Below are positions 11,991 through 25,800 of a DNA stretch of 64,000 bases, piece by piece; the first letter of the stretch is position 1, and every line of letters starts with the position of its first letter. The notes under the pieces were generated by a model. The model ran no database searches. It was not told where the DNA came from and was given only the letters and a program-made list of their open reading frames with translations. The stretch covers positions 96,162,001-96,226,000 of the forward strand of contig CM126206.1 of the NCBI GenBank assembly GCA_052327205.1. Reading direction: 5' to 3'. The position numbers and the translations under genes were made by a program. Source of the stretch: Somniosus microcephalus (taxonomy: Eukaryota).

Positions 11991-13711
11991 GGTTTGCTAT
12001 TCTTGTACCACCTGGCGTTGCGGGGGGGGGTGGCAGGGGGGGCGGTGGGGGGGGGGGGAGCGGGTGGTCACGATATTTATTGAGTACTCAGGGACAGAGA
12101 AGCACAATGCCAATGGACTGTTACTACACATTTATATTCCTTGAATGACAATAGTCATTCTCCCCTGTCTCAATTTATTCCCAGACCATAGCTCAAGTTA
12201 AACAGACTTGTAGCCATTCTCAGAATAGAATGTAGCAGGCAATTTCTCTAGCTCCAAATCCAGATACTTAACAGAAAAATTAATGATTCTATGATCAGGC
12301 TTCGCTGCTTCTCGTCAGTTTGGTCAGTATATTATTAGTAATCCTGGCAGCTTTATTTAGGAATAAATAAATAAATAAAATTTCAGGTGCCGTTATCGTC
12401 ACCAAGGAGAGTTTTGTTCTGCCTAGATGGTAATGGGTTAATGATTCTAAGGAACAGAATGACCTGGATGAGCAGCGGAATATTAAACACTAGGAAAAAG
12501 CAATCTGGCTTCAACTCAGTTATTCCAGAACTACTGAACTCAGAGCCAATCCTAACTGCTACAATTACTATATTGTTTGCAAAAGATCAATGGGGATAAT
12601 GTAAATTTGATACATTACACAATTGTGACAATATTTTACTTCTAGAAACATCATTAATTTTCCCACCCTTTGATTCCATATCCTGTGTTATTTTTAGTGG
12701 CTATCCATTGGTCTCCTCGCCCACCTACTCTAGTCACTAAATCCGTACCTGTTGCTTTTCGTATGGTGTCCTATTCCTGCCTGACTTCATTAGTTTCTCC
12801 CCTTTCCTTTGTTTGCTCCATAAATGTCAAAATGGCTACTTTCATTTCCAGTCACAGGACCAGGACGCACTTTAACAGCTGCAATATACATTTCTATTTG
12901 ATACGTACTTTTAAACTTGCTAGGTCTAAGGGAGCAACATAATTTTGAGTAGAATACAATCTTAACTTTAAAATAGTACATAATTTTAATTTTAGAATAG
13001 TATATAATTTGCAACAATGTAATTTATGTTAAGTGCATAAAAATAGAGGTGTGCTTTCTGCACCAGTGTGGCATTTAAACAGCTTGTTGGTGAGATATTC
13101 AAACACCCTATTTACTGGTGCATGTTGTTCAGCCAAGAGTTTGGAATATTTCACAATATTGAAGGTCATTCAAATCACTATTAAAATAATATTAGACATT
13201 TAATAAGATTTTGTTTTAAGTAGCATTCTGGATTATTGGAGCTACGGCAGAAAATGTTTCGCAAGAAAAGCTTTAAGTTTGCTGTCATAGAATTTTCGAA
13301 TTTATTGGTGAGAAAAAATACTACAGTCAGCTGAGGTATGACGCAACATGCTGACGCAAGATGCTGGAACACTGGGATGATGAGGATTCTCACCTGTGAT
13401 TCCTCACATGGAAAATTCCCAAACCTAGCCATGCCATGAGTAGGTTCAAAGCAGAGGCCAGGTATTTTCCTCATAGGAAGAAAGAGAACTTGCAAGGGTG
13501 AGACAATCCAGGATAATCTCTCCTGTCTCTTAACACCCAATTCAAGAGTATCATTGGCACACTCCTAAGAGGCATTCATCTACCCGGTATCTCAGTGGTG
13601 TCTGGTCAAGAAAGACCCAAAGAAGGGGAGAAAATTTAAAAAACAGCTTAAACACGAGTAGGGGGAATTAAAGGTGGTAATTGAAATGAAACTTTTGATG
13701 ACTGGATCTAC

Positions 13712-14163
13712 AGCAGCATAGTGTTTATGTTCCTGGGCTAGTAATCCAGGGGCCTGGACTAATGATCCGGTAGACGTGAGTTCAAATCTCCAACACAGCA
13801 TCTGGGGAATTTCAATTCAGTTAATTAAATCTGGAAAGAAAGCTAACATCAGTAATGGTGTCTATGAAACTACCGGATTGTCGTAAAAACCCATCTGGTT
13901 CACTAATGTCCTTTAGGGAAGGAAATCTGCTGTCCTTACCCAGTCTGGCCTATATGTGACTCCAGACCCACAGCAATGTGGTTGACTCTTAACTGCCCTC
14001 TGAAATGGCCGAGCAAGCCACTCAGTTGTACCAACCCGCTACGACAAAGTCAGCACACAGACTGCAGCGGTTCAGGAAGGCGACTCACTACCAAGGGCAA
14101 TTAGGGATAGGCAATAAATGCCAGTGACGCCCACATCCCACGAATTAATAAATTAAAAAAAAA
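13712..14163 (+). mobile_element. tRNA-derived SINE whose 3' end matches the LINE at 4410-6105
   Basis: B-box-like gagttcaaatc near 13778; 3' ~100 nt (gactgcagcggttc...cccacatcccacg...aaaaaa) homologous to 5990-6105. Confidence 0.8.
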
Positions 14164-14205
14164 TTAACTGGCTCGATTGGAAATACAAAATAGAAACCCT
14201 GAACC

Positions 14206-14415
14206 ACATAGAGTATACAGCACCGAAACAGGCCATTTGGCCCAACTAGTCAGTGCTGGTGTTTATGCTCCACACGAGTCATCTAGCTCATCTCAGCCGT
14301 TCAGCAAATGTTTCTATTCTCTTTTCGCTCATGTACACAACTAGTTTCCTTTTGAAAGCATCTAAGTTATTTGCCTCAATCACTTCCTGTGGTAACACAT
14401 TTTACATTCTAACCG
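14206..14415 (-). mobile_element. decayed CR1-type 3' end / SINE fragment
   Basis: catagag...cagcaccgaaacaggccatttggccc...gtgtttatgctccacacgag. Confidence 0.6.
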
Positions 14416-17400
14416 TATTGAGTCAATTATAGCCTTTGCGACAGGTAGTGCAGATATTTGTGTCTTACCCAGGACACTTTTTAAAAACACAATCAGCGTT
14501 AAAGGTGGATTGTTCTGATGAATTTCTGATTTTAAAAATCCTGCTAGAAAACACAAGGCAATTTGGTGGTACAGTAGTATTAAAAAATAGTGACAGAAAA
14601 TCTTTCTATTCTATCTTTCACAATAATAAATTTTGATGTAGTTTCAAAGATTTAATTCAAGGTCACATACAAACAGATTACATGTTAGGGCTGAAAATGA
14701 ATGGGTCTTCTCTCTTGGAATGATTTGCCAGACTTCTTTTGATTCCTTGTTTAGCCAAATCTGCAGAACAGTTTTGTGAACTAACTCAATGCATTTATTA
14801 ATTCTATTGCCAAAATAGGCTAATATTTGTTAATTTCATACGCTGTTAATTGATTGTAGACCTTCCTGACAAACTAATTCCCACTCAGGTCTATTGTCGG
14901 TTATTTTTTATCTGGAGCAGGCACTTTGTATGGTGATTGTTGAATGAGTGCAGCAAGAGGAATAAGGAAGCAGGCAATTCAGTGAAATATTTCAACTGTG
15001 TCTGAACAAAGGCAGCAAATAGAAGGAGCTTCTAGATCCAGTTGTCAGAGGATTAATTTGCTATTTGACGATCAACATCCAAGTTATAATATGCTACAGT
15101 AAAATATTTTGTTTCCAGCCTTATTGTGCAAAACATTAGCTCTATAATTTTATGTAAAAATCAAATGTAAAATACAGCTATACTTCAGGATGACTAATTT
15201 CGAGCTTTTATTTATGTTTCATCTTTGATAGGCAATCAGAACCACGACTGAAGCCAAGCAGCTACTAGCTTTGGCTCCAGTATTAACTACCCAGCTTTTT
15301 TGCAGCTAATCACATTTATTGTTTGACTCCAGAGAATTTTCCTGTGAGATCCTTGCCTGTCCCTTCAATCCAATAACTGAAGTTGACAATTTTGACTTTA
15401 AAAAAAAATGTTATCAACCATGAAACTTGTTTTCCCCATGTGGGGGTGGGGATGTCAGAGAGATCAGCAGACACTTGTTTAGTTGCTTCTACTCTGATCC
15501 AATGAAGAGCTAGGCTCCAGCGATAGTATTTTGCCGATTTGGCGCCAATTTAGTAATTTTTTTCTCTGGGCTTCTTCAGCCAAGGGGGATTTCAGTCGCT
15601 GCCAAAATTGTCTTCCTAGCTCTAGTTTGTCTGCCTGAGTTTATGGCACCTGAGGTATCTCATTCTTGGACCTGTTGCTTGAGCTGCAGCAAACAGAACA
15701 TTCCAGCAGGATAACTTACAGAAAGCACCTCTGCTGTACAGCACACCCTCTGCATCTGGGCCAGTATTAGTTAAATCAGTCTCTTAACACACGATGGGGA
15801 GATATAACTAATTAGAACTGTTATAATATGCTTGAACGTACGTAATAATAAATCCTCCACATAGCACTGAGTGGGCAAAGAATGGCATCGTGGACAATCA
15901 TCACTCTAGTATTGTGTGACCCTTCACTATAAAGCAGAAATATATTTCGGCCATCCTTTCGGGATCAAGAATAATGTTTCATTGGAATTGTTTTCTTGCT
16001 TGTCATCACACACAAGACCAATTGCTATATTAGTGTTTCAAATGATCACACAATGTAAAGATGTATTCTAAAATCAAAGTCTCCTTTGCTGTACCGAATC
16101 TTGTTTCATTCAAATGCTGTCACAATTTTATCAGCAGATCGTATTTCTGATATCACACAATACTCTGAAACATTTTAAATGGTATATTCACTCATTCTAT
16201 CATTTCTTGTTATAAATATCTTCCCCTAAAGTGCATTAAATGTACCTGCAAATGTAATGGCTTTAAAAATCTGTGTACGCATCAACCAGCCCTGACATGT
16301 AGGTTCAAGGGGATCAATATTTCAGACAAACCTAAAATTGTGGCAGGTCTGATGGCATCTCACTTTATAAACGCTGTTCCTTCAGAAGAGTATGTATTCT
16401 CTGAATACCCCCATTTTATAGCTAATGGATGACTATCACAGTAATAGTTTCACATCCTGGCAATTCTTACAAGTCCCAAAGCAAGAACAGATTTTTTGTT
16501 TTGAAAGCTTTCAACCATTTTCTAAATCAGCTTCTACATTTTCATGGACTGCTTTTCTTGAGTTTTTAAGTATGCATGAAAGTGTGGAAAAAGTTATCCA
16601 TTCATTTCAATACTCACTGCTGTTACGACTGGGACTTTTTCTAGTTGTTTGTGATCCTGCCGTCAAAGCAGTCTCTGTTCACTTATTTAGATCTTCTAGG
16701 TTGCCATGGCATCGCTCCCTCTAAAAATCATGGGCAAATTATGTTACTAAGGACTCATCATTGTTTAATATATTTGACTATTTTTATGCTTTTATTTATT
16801 GTTGATGTGCACCCGGCTTAATCCTGTTTGCAAGTAGCATTAAATGAAACAAATCTATACTGACATGGTGAGAGAGTCCAACACACTGCACCACAGGTGC
16901 TAGGTTAGGTAGCAGGAGATACCAAACAGCAGCTGGGCATTTTCCCAGGAGCAGGATTGGAAAAGGCAAAAAGAGATCAATCCTGCCCTGCCATCCTGCA
17001 CCTCTGGGTGGCCACTTTCCTCAGCTTGGCCCAGGCCAAGCAAAAAGGTTGTTTGCGTAACCTCTCTGCTATAGTTGCTGTGTGACATATGAAGACCCCA
17101 AAAAGGAGAAGTGGGGAATTAATCAGTTTTACCCTTAGTGCATATGTATGTGGATAAACAAATGCTGATAATCGTGCACGAACACTCGTAGTAATTTCTA
17201 GGCTAAAATCTTGAAAGTGCCTGTTTGTATTAGCACATCGTTTTGATTCATGACGTCTCAGACCGTTATCTATGTAGTTCAATGCAAAGCTGGCAGATCT
17301 GAGTTATACTGACAAGCTTTCATGTCTTTCTCTGCCCAGTAGTTCTTGGCATTAATGCTATCTGCAGTCAGATGGCCATCCTGACTCTCTTGTGTTGCCA

Positions 17401-17449
17401 GTTTTGTGTCGATGCGCTTTACATTGGCACAAATGTGTTGTAGTACCTG

Positions 17450-18520
17450 GCAACAACAACAACTTATATTAATATAGCGTCTTTAATGTAGTAAAACATC
17501 CCAAGGCACTTCACAGGAGTATTATAAGAAAAAAAATTGACACCGAGCCACATAAGGAGAAATTAGGGCAGGTGACCAAAAGCTTGACCAAAGAAGTAGG
17601 TTTTAAGGAGCGTCTTAAAGGAGGAAAGAGAGGTAGTGAGGCGGAGCGGTTTAGGCAGGGAATTCCAGAGCTTAGGGCCTAGGCAACAGAAGGCACGGCG
17701 ATTATAATCAGGGATGCTCAAGAGGGCAGAATTAGAGGAGTGCAGATATTTCGGGGGGTTGTAGGGCTGAAGGAGAATACAGAGATAGGAAGGGGCGAGG
17801 CCATGGAGGGATTTGAAAACAAGGATGAGAAGTCGAGGCGTTGCTTAACCGGGAGCCAATGTAGGTTAGTGAGCACAGAGGTGATGGGTGAACTGGACTT
17901 GGTGCGAGTTAGGACACGAGCAGCCGAGTTTTGATGACCTCAAGTTTACGTAGGGCAGAATGTGGGAGGCCAGCCAGGAGTGCGTTGGAATAGTCAAGTC
18001 TAGAAGTAACAAAGGCATGGATGAGGGTTTCAGCAGAGGATGAGCTGAGGCAAGGGTGGAGACGGGCGATGTTATGGAGGTGGAAATAGGCGGTCTTAGT
18101 TATGCAGTGGATATGTGGTCAGAAGCTCACTTCGGGGTCAAATATGACACCAAGGTTGAAAACAGTGTGGTTCGGCCTCAGACAGATGTTAGGGAGACAG
18201 ATGGAGTCAGTGGCTAGGGAACGGAGTTTGTGGCGGGGACCGAAAACAATGGCTTCGGTCTTCCCAATATTTCTGAGAAAATTTCTGCTCATCCAGAACT
18301 GAATGTCGGACAAGCAGCCTGACAATCTAGGGACCGTGGAGGGGTCGAGATAGTGGTAGTGAGGTAGATCTGGGTGTTGTCAGCGTACATGTGGAAACTG
18401 ACGCTGTGTTTTCGGATGATGTCACCAAGGTGCAACATGTAGATGAGAAATAGGAGGGGCCAAGGACAGATCCTTGGGGACACCAGAGGTAATGATGCGG
18501 GAGCGGGAAGAGAAGCCGCT
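17450..18520 (-). mobile_element. L2 LINE 3' fragment
   Basis: RT remnant PLLFLIYM...[33 protein letters not shown]; (caa)n tail at 17450. Confidence 0.88.
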
Positions 18521-18966
18521 ATTCACAAAAGAAAAATATACACAAACAAATTGTACCAAAAGTGCACATAAAATATTTTTTGCACGGGCAAGAATTTGAA
18601 AACTATTTTGAAATTTGAATCTAAAGATCGGTTGATGGTCTTCTGGCTTTGTCCATTTTCCTATTTTGCTTTTTAAAGTCCATAATGCAAATCCTATTGA
18701 GGACCACAAAATAGAATTCTGGTGTGGTGCATGTTAGCATTAACAAAAGAGCAGCTGCTCTTGCTCTGTGCTTTCAGCTCCAGCATCAGAACAGTGTTGT
18801 TTTCTGTACTGGACAGAGAAAGTAATAATTGGAATAGAGGATGGCACAAAGCAGTTACAGAATTTGGGAGGGGAAGGCAGGTAAAGGGTTTAAATAATGT
18901 CATAAATGGAGAGTGCAAAGCTTCCACAAATTCTACATTTTATTTGAGCTACAAAATGAACATATT

Positions 18967-19808
18967 GGGGGTAATTTTCACTCAGAAGTCGGGAAGGAGG
19001 CGGAACTACAACTTTCGGGGTTGTAGTCCCGCCTCCATCGAGATGCGGCCAATCCACGCGATTTTAACTTGATTGACCTTGTTGAGCCCGCCCAGCGGGC
19101 TCAGCAGGCCAATTAAGGGCCACCCGGCAACAGGTGACGTCACAGACTGAAATTTCATCTGTCAAGACGTTTTGGCAGATGAAATATCAGCGTTTCACAG
19201 CTGTTTGAAGCTGTCAAACACTGACAGCCTTACTTCTAACCTGAGTCCTTCTACAAAGACTCAGTTAGAAATCTCTCCGGCACAGAAAGCTGCAGGCTGT
19301 CACTTTTGACAGTTTGCAGCCGTTCTGCTTTCTGTGCCGGTTAGATGATGGACTCCCGAAACCTAGAGGAAGGAAGGCTAAAAAGGTAAGTACAGGTAAT
19401 TTAAACTTCTTTACACACTTTAGACACACTAAACACACTTACCTTTGCACTCATGCACCCATCACTCACCTGAACACCGACATCTCGACCCCTCCAAGTC
19501 CTTCAACCCAATGGCCCGACTCCTCTAACTTGGCGTGGTTTGGAGCCGTCGGGGATCCCAGACTTCAAGCTTTAAAATAGGGATTAGGCTAAAAACTGCC
19601 TGTTAACTACCTGTTAACAGGCAGTTAATTGTCACTAATCCTTTTCCGCCTCGGGTAGGCGGATCCCAGTGCGGGGCGGGTACCCGCCTCCTTTGAAACT
19701 TATATGGAGGTGGGTTGGGGCAGGATGGTGACAGGACCCCCGAATTCGGAACTTTAACCCCCCGCATGCCTCCAATCCCGACTCCACGGGTCAGTTAAAA
19801 TCGAGGCC
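18967..19808. mobile_element. non-autonomous DNA transposon (Harbinger-like MITE)
   Basis: Imperfect TIRs ggggtaattttcact / agttaaaatcgaggcc and GC-rich subterminal cccgcc repeats. Confidence 0.55.
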
Positions 19809-19841
19809 AATGAATTTCCATACCGATTCTATCACATTAGC

Positions 19842-20971
19842 GGGGCAGGAAATTCTCTGAGCCAGGAAAATTGGGTGGAAGTTGTTTTCACCCACTGTGT
19901 GCCTTTAAAATGTATCCCCTGAGTTCCTTTTCACCTGTTAAGCATTCCGATATGCCATTACCATGGAAGTGGAGGAGGAGCACACGATGGAGCTAAGGAG
20001 AGTCAGGTACCATTTAAGGAGGATGCAGCCCACAAGGTATTACCCACCTGACCCCTATACAGGCAGCACAGGTCTTAGGAGGACCTTTCTGAGGAACTGT
20101 ACATAAGAAGAATGCGCTTCACCAAAGAGGTAATAGGGCATCTCTGTGACCTACTAAAGGAAGACCACAAGCCACGCTCATCTGCCCACAATACTCTCTT
20201 GGGGACTATGAAGGTGACCACTTTTACAGCACAAGGTCATTTCAGGCAGCCACAGGGGATCACTGTAACATTAGCCAGTGAGCAGTACAGGCATGCATTC
20301 GTCAGGTCACTCTCACCAATTCACAACCTTTGGAATTATAGCAAGGTAACAGAGAGATAGGGTCATACAGTTTTATGGGGTTGCTGACTTCCCCAAGGCC
20401 CCAACCTCTGCCCCCCACTGCAGTAGTAGGTCTGTCGGAAAGGAGGGTAGAAGTTAAGAATGGGTGAGCATTGCCCCCCTGGGATTAAGGAGACAGAGAA
20501 AGGGGTAGAAGGTTTTGCTTGTGTGGTCCTTCACAGGCATGTCAGGGTGACAGTGTGTTACCTTGCCATACTCGGTGAGGTTAGTGAACTTTTTTGCAGT
20601 ACTGCTCTGTATTCCTGAGGTGAGGGAGTTGCCAGTGCCACTTCCCTCCAGGTGGCACAAGTTACATTCCTACCAGTTCCTACCAGTCTAATAAAAATAT
20701 TGATAGGACATGCAATTAAGTTATTTTAGAGTGAGGTAAAAGAGCCAAGCACTGTTCCTTTTTTACCTGTTTGTCCCACAGTCTTCTGCTGAAGATTGCA
20801 GGCTGAACTGTCCTTTTAAAGGCTTCACAGGGGTTTCTGTACAGTTCAGCTGCTTACGCCCATTTTACCAGAGTTTTACACCAATGACCACACCCTCTAC
20901 AGGACCCCAGCGGGGCAAATGTTGGTTTAAAAGTGCAACAGTGGCGTAATTCACCTCAGGAAATTCACCCC
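19842..20971 (+). mobile_element. old Harbinger remnant with transposase N-terminal fragment
   Basis: MRFTKEVIGHLCDLLKED...MKVT (20112) homologous to LRFRREVVAEICQLL...VKVT; ends ggggcaggaaatt and gaaattcacccc. Boundaries approximate. Confidence 0.6.
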
Positions 20972-21861
20972 CATGTTATTATGTTTGACTTTATCCTACT
21001 TATTAGTGTTCTACAGAGCTATATGCCTAATGACCTATTGATATTTACAATTCCCTTAAATTATAATGGAGTGACATCAATCTATGCATGTTACCATCAT
21101 TGTAATGTGAGAAAATGTATAATATTTATCACAACATTGGCATAAGGTTATTTTTGCAGTTTATTCACTACCATGTATTTAATGTATTATAATAAATCCT
21201 TTGTTTTCACGTTTAACCCACATCGCCCAAAGCTGAGAACCCTTTCACCAGCCAATTGTAATTATGCGAAAACTCTGAGCGTGGCACTCAGGTCTGTTTT
21301 TTACGAAGTTATCTTTGAATGTTGCCTTTGTTTGTTAATTACTGATAATTATTTTATAATTTTTGCTCAAAATCCTATTGAATTGCACCTGTTTTATGTG
21401 CATGCAATTCACAGAGTGCCACACAGATGTGAAATTCTACTGATTAAACAAAAAAAGATAAGGACAGCGGAGTAAACAGAATGCAGGTTCATGCTGTCCA
21501 CAGATTGCATCGTGTTCAAAACTAACCATAGATTCACGCTGCTTAAGGGTTCATCAGTCACCCTGGGACCGAACCATATTTCTTCCTCATGAGGTAAGCA
21601 GCTACTGAATGCAGGTGACTAATAGTGTAAGAACACATGATTTACACGGAATGGGAGGACAGAGGTAATAATTAAGAGCTGTAATCAGCTCATGGTCATT
21701 TACTGCAGTATACAAGCTGCACATTCCTATACTGTAGCTATTAGTAGTAGCTCCATGAAGCACCATTGCATTGACAATGTGCTTTGTAGCACTCGGAGAT
21801 CATGCTGATGGCCACAAAATGTAATTGTGCTGTGCTGCGTGTTGCATTAACACAGGAATCT

Positions 21862-22070
21862 CTTTCCAGAGAGTGGGGAGAATGTGGAACTCGCTGTCAC
21901 ATTGAGTGGTTGAAACAAGATAGCATTGATGCATTTAAGGGGAAGCTTGATATATACATGAGGGAGAGGGGAGTAGGGGAATACAGGACAGGGTGGGAAG
22001 AGGTAATTAGAGTGGGAGGAGGCTCGTGTGAAGTATAAACCAGTTGAGCTGAATGGCCTGCAGATTCTTT
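21862..22070 (+). mobile_element. CR1-type 3' end / SINE fragment whose tail resumes at 27831
   Basis: gatgcatttaaggggaagc...gggaggaggctcgtgtg...gaatggcctg; the tail tatgtaattctatgtaa follows the MITE. Confidence 0.7.
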
Positions 22071-22809
22071 GGCCCGTATTTTCCGATGCCTACGGGTGTG
22101 TACGGGCTGTGTACCCACCCGTAGGGACATCGGAAATGCCGGTTCCAGGCATGCGAAGCGCGTGTGCTGTAAACCGGCATTTCCGATCTTTCAAGAATCC
22201 TCTTGACAGATCTGATGCCTGCCCTGGAGAAGGGCCTCTGCGGGGGGAGAGTTCCGCTTTCTCGAGAACCTCCGCCCGCAGAAAACCCTTAGAAATCTTA
22301 CGCCTGGTAAAAGTAGGTGTAAGGCCTACTTTTACCAGCATAAGAGTTGAAAAAAGTTTTTAAAAATGTTGCACTCATTTATAATTTAAAAATACTTTAA
22401 AAAATGGTAAGTTTATTTTTAGTCCTGTAAAAAACTTTAATTATTTTTTTCAAAAAATTAAATTTTTGTTTAAAGTATTTAATTTATTGTAATTTTAACT
22501 CATTTTAAAAACGTGATTTTTAAAATAAATTTATTTAATGTTTTACTGTGTTTTTAGGATGATCTCCATTCATATATTTGACAGGTCTATCTGTCAAAAG
22601 TATTAAGGGAGATTCCCTTCTCCTATTGGCTGGCCTGGCCCACGTGGTCCCAGGGATGCTTGCGAACTGCATGCGCTCCTGGGATACGTGGGCCCTGCAC
22701 ATTTCGACTGTGGAGAGGCCCAGGAGCGGAAGTGTCCGGGCCTTGGGAGCCCTCAGGTAAGAGCGTAGATTTTTTTCCGATAGGAGGCATTCGCACGCAG
22801 GAAGCCTCC

Positions 22810-25800
22810 TGTTAAGTCCGTGAATGATTGAGACACGGACTAGCAGGAGTGAAAACAAACAGATCTTTACTGGTCGAAGTCCATAACGAATCTAAACAAC
22901 AGAGGCTCTCTAGCGCCTTTTATACAGGGGTGGTCACTGCCGGTACTGCAGTCTGAGACCAGTTATTCTCTTAAAGGTACATACACAACAATTCCTCCCC
23001 TTTTAGATAAACAGTACATAACATTCATTTAACAACTAATGATAATGAATTACAATCACAATTACTGTTGCTAGATACATTGGTTAAGTTTAAGCAATTA
23101 TAAGTTCAGTCTTTGAGGAGGCTTCCTAATTCTGTCTGGATAACGCCTCTTTGGAGTATCAGGTTCTTCTGGCAATGTTGAGTCGGAATCAATGTCGCTG
23201 TTTGGTTCATCTGCTTCCAATATCACCGATTCTGCGGCAGCTGCAATTGGTACGTCGATTTCACTACCAGGTGTATCAGATCGTGGTGTGGAGTTGACGT
23301 TTTCCACTGACTCTAGAATCTGGTCAGCATGGCGTCTTACAATGCTCTCCCCAATGTCCACGGTATACATGAGAGGTCCTTGTTGTGTACAAATCATTCC
23401 TGGCTGCCATTTCTCAGTGCGGTAGTCCTGGGCCAAAACTGGTTGACCTATCTTAAAATTCCTGGTCGGCCTTTCATTCATATTCTGAAACTGCCTGTTC
23501 TCCACATCTCTTCGGACGTTTGGCTTAACCAAATCCAAGCGGCATCGTAGTCTTCGATTGAAGAACATCATGGCTGGAGTTTGGTTGGTAACCGTATGTG
23601 TCGCATTCCGGTAGGCAAACAAGAAGTTGTCCACCTTGTGTTGTAGGGGTATATCTTCATTACACATTGCCTTGATAGCCTTCTTGAATGTTTGGACAAA
23701 CCTCTCGGCCAATCCATTAGTGGCTGGATGATATGGGGTAGATGTGTAATGCTTAACACCATTGTTCTTTAAGAACCTCCGGAACTCTTCAGACACAAAC
23801 TGTGGTCCATTGTCAGAGCAAATCTGTTCAGGCAGCCCATTCCTGGCGAAATTGGTTCGTAAAACTGCGATAGTTTTTTCCGTGGTGGTTGAGGACATTT
23901 TTATTACCTCTGGCCACTTTGAATGTGCATCCACCGCAATTAAAAACATCGAGTCCATGAAGGGACCAGCAAAATCAATGTGCACCCTTTGCCATGGAGA
24001 TGAGGGCCACTCCCATGGATGCAGAGGAGCTTGTGGTGGGGCGTTTTGGACCTTCTGGCATCCTGCACAGCTCTTGGTCATCTCTTCGATTTCTCTATCG
24101 ATTCCCGGCCACCACACAAACGCTCTGGCTAAGCTCTTCATTTTTACCCCACCCAGATGACCCTCATGAAGCTCATTGAGCACTCTATCCGTCAACTTAG
24201 GTGGAATTACTACTCTGGATCCACACATCAAGGTTCCTCTGCACACTGACAGCTGTTCTCTTCTTGACGGAAATGCTGGCAGCAGTGGTTCGCCATGTGC
24301 TGACCATCCCTTCACCGTTAAATCATAGACCCGTGATAGTGTCGGGTCATTCCGTGTTTCCTTTTCTATGTTTGCATTCGTCACAGGGAGACATTCGACT
24401 ATGGTCGAGTGGAATAACTCCATTGGGTCCACTGCAAGGTCTTCTTCTTCCACCATCGGCAACGGTAGATGTGACAATCCATCAGCATTTCCATGCTGTT
24501 TAGTTCCCCTTTACTCGATGTCATATTGGTGTGCCCCTAGGAAAAGGGACCATCTCTGCAGCCGTTGTGCTGTCATTATCGGTACGCCCTTCTGAGGGTT
24601 GAACATGGAGACAAGAGGTTAATGATCGGTTAGTAGAGTAAATTTTTGACCGTGCAGATAGTGATTGAACTTCTTCACCCCCCACACTAGGCTGAGGGCC
24701 TCTCTGTCAATCTGGGCGTAGTTACGCTCGGCAGAAGTTAACGAGCGTGACGCAAAAGCTATCGGCCTCTCCAAACCATCAAGGAATTTATGTGACAGTA
24801 CCGCCCCAATGCCGTAGGGAGACGCATCACACGCCAGCCTGATTGGCAGTGCTGGGTTGTAGTGAGCCAATACTTCCTTCGAAGTGATTAAGTCCTTACT
24901 CTTCTGAAAAGCACATTTACAATCATCGCTCCATTTCCATGCTACCCCCGTTCGTAGCAGGGCGTTCAGTGGATGCAGAATTGTCGACAAATTCAGCAAA
25001 AACTTATGATAGTAATTCACCAACCCGAGGAATGACCTCAGTTGCGACACATTTTCAGGCGCTGGGGCCTTTACAACCACTTCAATTTTGTCAGGGGACT
25101 TATGTAACCCCTCTTCATCAATCACGTGGCCACAATACGATATCTGTTTCTTAAAAAATTTGTACTTGGGGCGGTTGGCTCGCAGCCCATGTTCCCGTAG
25201 TCTAGTGAGCACCTGTTCTAGGTTGTTAAGGTGTTCATTGTCATCTTCACCTGTTACAAGGATGTCGTCCAAGTAACACTGAGTCCCCGGAATCCCTTGC
25301 AGGACTTGTTCCATCGCTCTTTGCCATATCGCTGGAGCCGATGCTACTCCGAATACCAATCGATGATACTGGTAAAGACCTTTGTGAGTGTTTATCGTGA
25401 GATACTTCCTAGAGGACTCTTCAACCTCCATCTGCAAATATGCTTGTGCTAGGTCAATTTTTGTAAAACGCTTCCCTCCAGACAGTGAGGCGAAGATGTC
25501 TTCTATCCTTGGAAGAGGATATTGTACTGTGTGAAGGACAGGGTTCACCGTCACCTTGAAATCCCCACAGCTGCGAATCTTCCTTGGCTCTCCGGACTTA
25601 TTGCTTAACGTTTTCTTCATGACAGGAACGATGGGTGTCGCCCACTCGCTCCAGTCGACCTTAGACAACACGCCCGCCTTCTCCAGATTCTCCAGCTCTG
25701 CCTCGACAGCTGGACGAATTGCATATGGTACCGGTCTCGCTTTGAAAAACTTGGGAACTGCATTCTCTTCTATTTTTAACGAGACGGTTACGCCTTTAAG

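Noticed and set aside
12021-12067. G-tract able to form a G-quadruplex
   Set aside because: Simple low-complexity run with no supporting context; homopolymer lengths are unreliable.
10870-13700. Short ORFs in AT-rich unique sequence
   Set aside because: No recognisable domains or consistent splice signals.
13712-13800. tRNA gene
   Set aside because: Only a degenerate tRNA-like SINE head; no cloverleaf.
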